In this document: in pieces, positions 59,303-64,000 of the stretch
How the letters are laid out: every line of letters begins with the position of its first letter
Numbering within the stretch: position 1 is the first letter of the stretch
Source: Macrostomum hystrix
Taxonomy: Eukaryota; Animalia; Platyhelminthes
Assembly: GCA_950097015.1 (NCBI GenBank)
Contig: CATNEN010000005.1
Coordinates: forward strand, 6,014,001-6,078,000
Reading direction: 5' to 3'
Length of the DNA: 64,000 bases
The notes under the pieces: generated by a model
The model's input: only the letters and a program-made list of their open reading frames with translations
Told to the model about the DNA's origin: nothing
Databases searched by the model: none
Translations under genes and position numbers: made by a program

Positions 59303-61289
59303 AAATGAGAGACACAATGATATGAAATGAGAGACACAATGACATGACATGAGAGACACAATGACATGAAATGAGAGACACAATGACATGAAATGAGAGA
59401 CACAATGACATGAAATGAAAGACACAATGACATGAAATGAGAGACACAATGCCATGAAATGAGAGACACAATGACATGAAATGAGAGACACAATGACATG
59501 AAATGAGAGACACAATGACATGAAATGAGAGACACAATGACATGAAATGAGAGACACAATGACATGAAATGAGAGACACAATGACATGAAATGAGAGACA
59601 CAATGATATGAAATGAGAGACACAATGACATGAAATGAGAGACACAATGATATGAAATGAGAGACACAATGACATGAAATGAGAGACACAATGACATGAA
59701 ATGAGAGACACAATGACATGAAATGAGAGACACAATGACATGAAATGAGACACACAATGACATGAAATGAGAGACACAATGACATGAAATGAGAGACACA
59801 ATGACATGAAATGAGACACACAATGACATGAAATGAGAGACACAATGACATGAAATGAGAGACACAATGACATGAAATGAGAGACACAATGACATGAAAT
59901 GAGAGACACAATGACATGAAATGAGAGACACAATGATATGAAATGAGAGACACAATGACATGAAATGAGAGACAGAATGATATGATATGAGAGACACAAT
60001 GATATGAAATGAGAGACACAATGACATGAAATGAGAGACACAATGACATGAAATGAGAGACACAATGACATGAAATGAGAGACACAATGACATGAAATGA
60101 GAGACACAATGACATGAAATGAGAGACACAATGACATGAAATGAGAGACACAATGACATGAAATGAGAGACACAATGACATGAAATGAGAGACACAATGA
60201 CATGAAATGAGAGACACAATGACATGAAATGAGAGACAGAATGATATGAAATGAGAGACAGAATGATATGAAATGAGAGACACAATGACATGAAATGAGA
60301 GACACAATGACATGAAATGAGAGACACAATGACATGATATGAGAGACACAATGACATGAAATGAGAGACACAATGACATGAAATGAGAGACACAATGACA
60401 TGAAATGAGAGACACAATGACATGAAATGAGAGACACAATGACATGAAATGAGAGACACAATGACATGAAATGAGAGACACAATGACATGAAATGAGAGA
60501 CAGAATGAAATGATATGAGAGACACAATGATATGAAATGAGAGACACAATGACATGAAATGAGAGACACAATGACATGAAATGAGAGACACAATGACATG
60601 AAATGAGAGACACAATGATATGAAATGAGAGACACAATGACATGAAATGAGAGACACAATGATATGAAATGAGAGACACAATGACATGAAATGAGAGACA
60701 CAATGACATGAAATGAGAGACACAATGACATGAAATGAGAGACACAATGACATGAAATGAGACACACAATGACATGAAATGAGAGACACAATGACATGAA
60801 ATGAGACACACAATGACATGAAATGAGAGACAGAATGATATGATATGAGAGACACAATGATATGAAATGAGAGACACAATGACATGAAATGAGAGACACA
60901 ATGACATGAAATGAGAGACACAATGACATGAAATGAGAGACACAATAACATGAAATGAGAGACAGAATGATATGATATGAGAGACACAATGATATGAAAT
61001 GAGAGACACAATGACATGAAATGAGAGACACAATGACATGAAATGAGAGACACAATGACATTAAATGAGAGACACAATGACATGAAATGAGAGACACAAT
61101 GACATGAAATGAGAGACACAATGACATGAAATGAGAGACACAATGACATGAAATGAGAGACACAATGACATGAAATGAGAGACACAATGACATGAAATGA
61201 GAGACACAATGACATGAAATGAGAGACAGAATGATATGAAATGAGAGACAGAATGATATGAAATGAGAGACACAATGACATGAAATGAG
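59303..61289 (+). repeat. 22-bp minisatellite, ~90 units
   Basis: Read directly. Confidence 0.98.
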
Positions 61290-61870
61290 GCCCAATTTAG
61301 TCTCCAAAGTTGGCACCTGAGCTAATTTTCCAATATTTCTTCGCGAATACATTAAAAGTCCATCTTCAAGACCTCACAGAAAGTCTAATCTTAGTATTTT
61401 AGAAAATTATTCTTCAAGCAATGGCCCTCTCACCCAAATACACCCAAAGCAATTCGCACAGAACAATGGACAGCAACAATGAACCCACAGCCGAAACTGT
61501 TTTGCAGCAATAAAATATTCAATGGCGAGTTTGAGCAGGCTAACTCATGCTTTGTCTTCGTCTCAAACTCAACTCGAGTCTTCTCTGTGCAGATTGAAGC
61601 AAGCCCCTCAACCTGTGTGCTCAAAGTGAGCAGTGTTTAATCTCTCATGTGGCATTGAAACTGTAGCGAATGGAAGCTGAGAATGGGTTGGACAAAGTAC
61701 TTTTGTCACCGACTCAAACCCAACTCAAATGCTTTAGTAGGCCATGCAGACCTGTCTCCGTATGGACTCAGTGTTCATGTACTTTAATCAGCTCATAGGA
61801 TGTTTGAGTAGCACAAACTGGAGCACACAGTCGCAATGCAGTGTAGAATGTATGCTCAGCCCATGCTTCT

Positions 61871-62116
61871 GTTGCTAGGCAACAAATAAACAAATTCGCA
61901 CCGATTCAAAGTTACTGTCGAGTATCCGTTTTCTCTTCATTCACAGCCAACTGAATCATTTTTTAAACTGCTGAAGCCTCTGAGTCTGTCTGTTGCTAGG
62001 CGAGTCTCTCCGTTGCTAGGTGAGTCTGTCCGTTGCTAGGCGAGTCTCTCCGTTGCTAGGTGAGTCTCTCCAGATCGCCCATTGCTGGCAGTGTCCAGAG
62101 GACTCAAAGGTAAAGT
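61871..62116 (+). promoter_or_regulatory. Upstream module 2 (copy C), donor altered to GTAAAG
   Basis: X-box 61871-61883 + ATAAACAAA; four 20-bp repeats; AAG|GTAAAGT with GT at 62110. Confidence 0.55.
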
Positions 62117-63217
62117 AAATTTAACTTTTTAGTTCAACAGCTTCCGACTTTTGTACGCACATCCAAGATCTTTAATCATAGTTTAAAGTCTGCATACTTT
62201 AAGTTACTTGTAGCGTCTTTTCCATTTGCAATAGCTACTTCACCAACTGTTACAGTATTTAGGACAAAATATGTATTTATATGGGCTGGCCTGGCGGTGC
62301 AATCAGAGTGGAAAAAGTTGTCTTTTACAATTCCGTTTTCTGGAAGCTATTTGCTACTTTCTACTGTAAGTAGTGCTGATTAGGCATACCTTTTTAGACT
62401 ACTATATCTTAGGCTATTATATTATTATAATAGGCTATCTTAGGATAAAACGCACTGTTATTTCCGATACTCACTACTGTAAACAGTGTGCAACAACAAC
62501 TAACCATGAAGATTGCGGTGAAAAAGAGATATAAGTGGAAAAATATTTAAAAGAAAAGAAAAAATAGGACAAAATTGCGAGTGTAAATGAATGCTAAAGA
62601 GAAGGGAAGAGAGAGGAGGAGAGAAGAAGAAGGAGTATCGAATAGTCAAGCATCATATTATATTTCATTTCTAGGCTGATAGAAGATAGGAGCTAACGGA
62701 GATAGATGGGTAGGAGACAGAAGAAATTGTTTCAATCCGGATCATTTATCAATGGGAATAATTCCTCAATAGGGATAATTTGTCAGAGGAAAGTTTGATA
62801 AAATATGATCATTTGTCAGTGGGAAATCTAACGTCATGGGACAATTTTATCGCGGGAAAAATAGAAAATTGTGTCAATTTTGTCAAAATTGTGGCAAAAC
62901 GAGAAAGTGAAATTTATTCTACATTGATAATTTTACAATTTTACGTGCAATAATTTGACAAAGAAATATCTTAGTCGAAGAAGATAATTTGCCCAGTAAG
63001 GATAATTTAAACCAAGGGCTTTAGACAAATGGGACACTTTCTCAAATGAGGATATATCGATTAAGGGACCTTTTGCCACGGAAAACAGATAAGTATGTAC
63101 AAAGAGACAGAGAATGTAAAATCAGGAACGATATACCACATTTAAATTTGACACACCAATTTTAAACTATTTGACTGGGCGAATAAATTAATGAAAGAAG
63201 TAAAACCCAGCTGTTTT

Positions 63218-64000
63218 ACTTGCTGTAGTACTGTAGTGATATTGTACTTGCAGTAGTACTGTAGTGATATTGTACTTGCAGTAGTACTGTAGTGATATTA
63301 TACTTGCAGTAGTACTGTAGTGATATCATACTTGCAGCTGTAGTGATATCATACTTGCAGTAGTACTGTAGTGATATCATACTTGCAGTAGTACTGTAGT
63401 GATATCATACTTGCAGTAGTACTGTAGTGATATTGTACTTGCAGTAGTACTGTAGTGATATTATACTTGCAGTAGTACTGTAGTGATATTGTACTTGCAG
63501 TAGTACTGTAGTGATATCATACTTGCAGTAGTACTGTAGTGATATTATACTTGCAGTAGTACTGTAGTGAAATCATACTTGCAGTAGTACTGTAGTGATA
63601 TTATACTTGCAGTAGTACTGTAGTGATATCATACTTGCAGTAGTACTGTAGTGATACTATACTTGCAGTAGTACTGTAGTGATATTATACTTGCAGTAGT
63701 ACTGTAGTGAAATCATACTTGCAGTAGTACTGTAGTGATATTATACTTGCAGTAGTACTGTAGTGATATTATACTTGCAGTAGTACTGTAGTGATATTAT
63801 CCTTGGAGTAGTACTGTAGTGATATAATACTTGCAGTAGTACTGTAGTGATATTGTGCTTGCAGTAGTACTGTAGTGATATAATACTTGCAGTAGTACTG
63901 TAGTGATATTGTGCTTGCAGTAGTACTGTAGTGATATCATACTTGCAGTAGTACTGTAGTGATATTATACTTGCAGTAGTACTGTAGTGATATCATACTT
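63218..64000 (+). repeat. 28-bp minisatellite (runs off the window end)
   Basis: Read directly; variant pattern differs from A and B. Confidence 0.98.

Larger units (their letters stand above)
56737..64000 (+). repeat. Segmental duplication unit, copy C (5' part only)
   Basis: Collinear with A 1407-7190 and B 33552-40495; window ends inside the 28-mer array. Confidence 0.95.

Overview
This is eukaryotic (animal-like) genomic DNA with GT-AG introns, many minisatellites and solo LTRs. I see no prokaryotic features. The window is a head-to-tail segmental-duplication array of a ~23-32 kb unit: copy A ~1-23.8 kb, copy B ~31.8-56.7 kb and copy C from 56.7 kb (truncated by the window end). Copies A and B each carry one intact gene for an ankyrin-repeat TRP-type cation channel with a TRPM-like transmembrane/TRP-box/coiled-coil region. 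Gene A is join(16754..20425,20957..21421), 1378 aa. Gene B is join(45553..51867,52273..52557), 2199 aa. They differ mainly in a 219-bp (73-aa, two-ankyrin) repeat, present as 2 units in A and 14 in B. The B units are nearly identical in DNA except at a few hypervariable codons that map to the ankyrin binding surface. Upstream of each gene are three paralogous modules (RFX X-box motifs, a forkhead site in modules 1-2, a short non-coding exon and a splice donor), each followed by a different minisatellite. Five copies of a 243-bp solo LTR have swapped target-site duplications (GGCCG/ATGAG), which records LTR-LTR recombination that duplicated (24-33.8 kb) and deleted (56.7 kb) a ~4-kb segment. 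Almost all other ORFs in the supplied track are minisatellite artefacts or antisense shadows of the two genes. The sequence style is reminiscent of a flatworm such as Macrostomum, but that is unverified inference.
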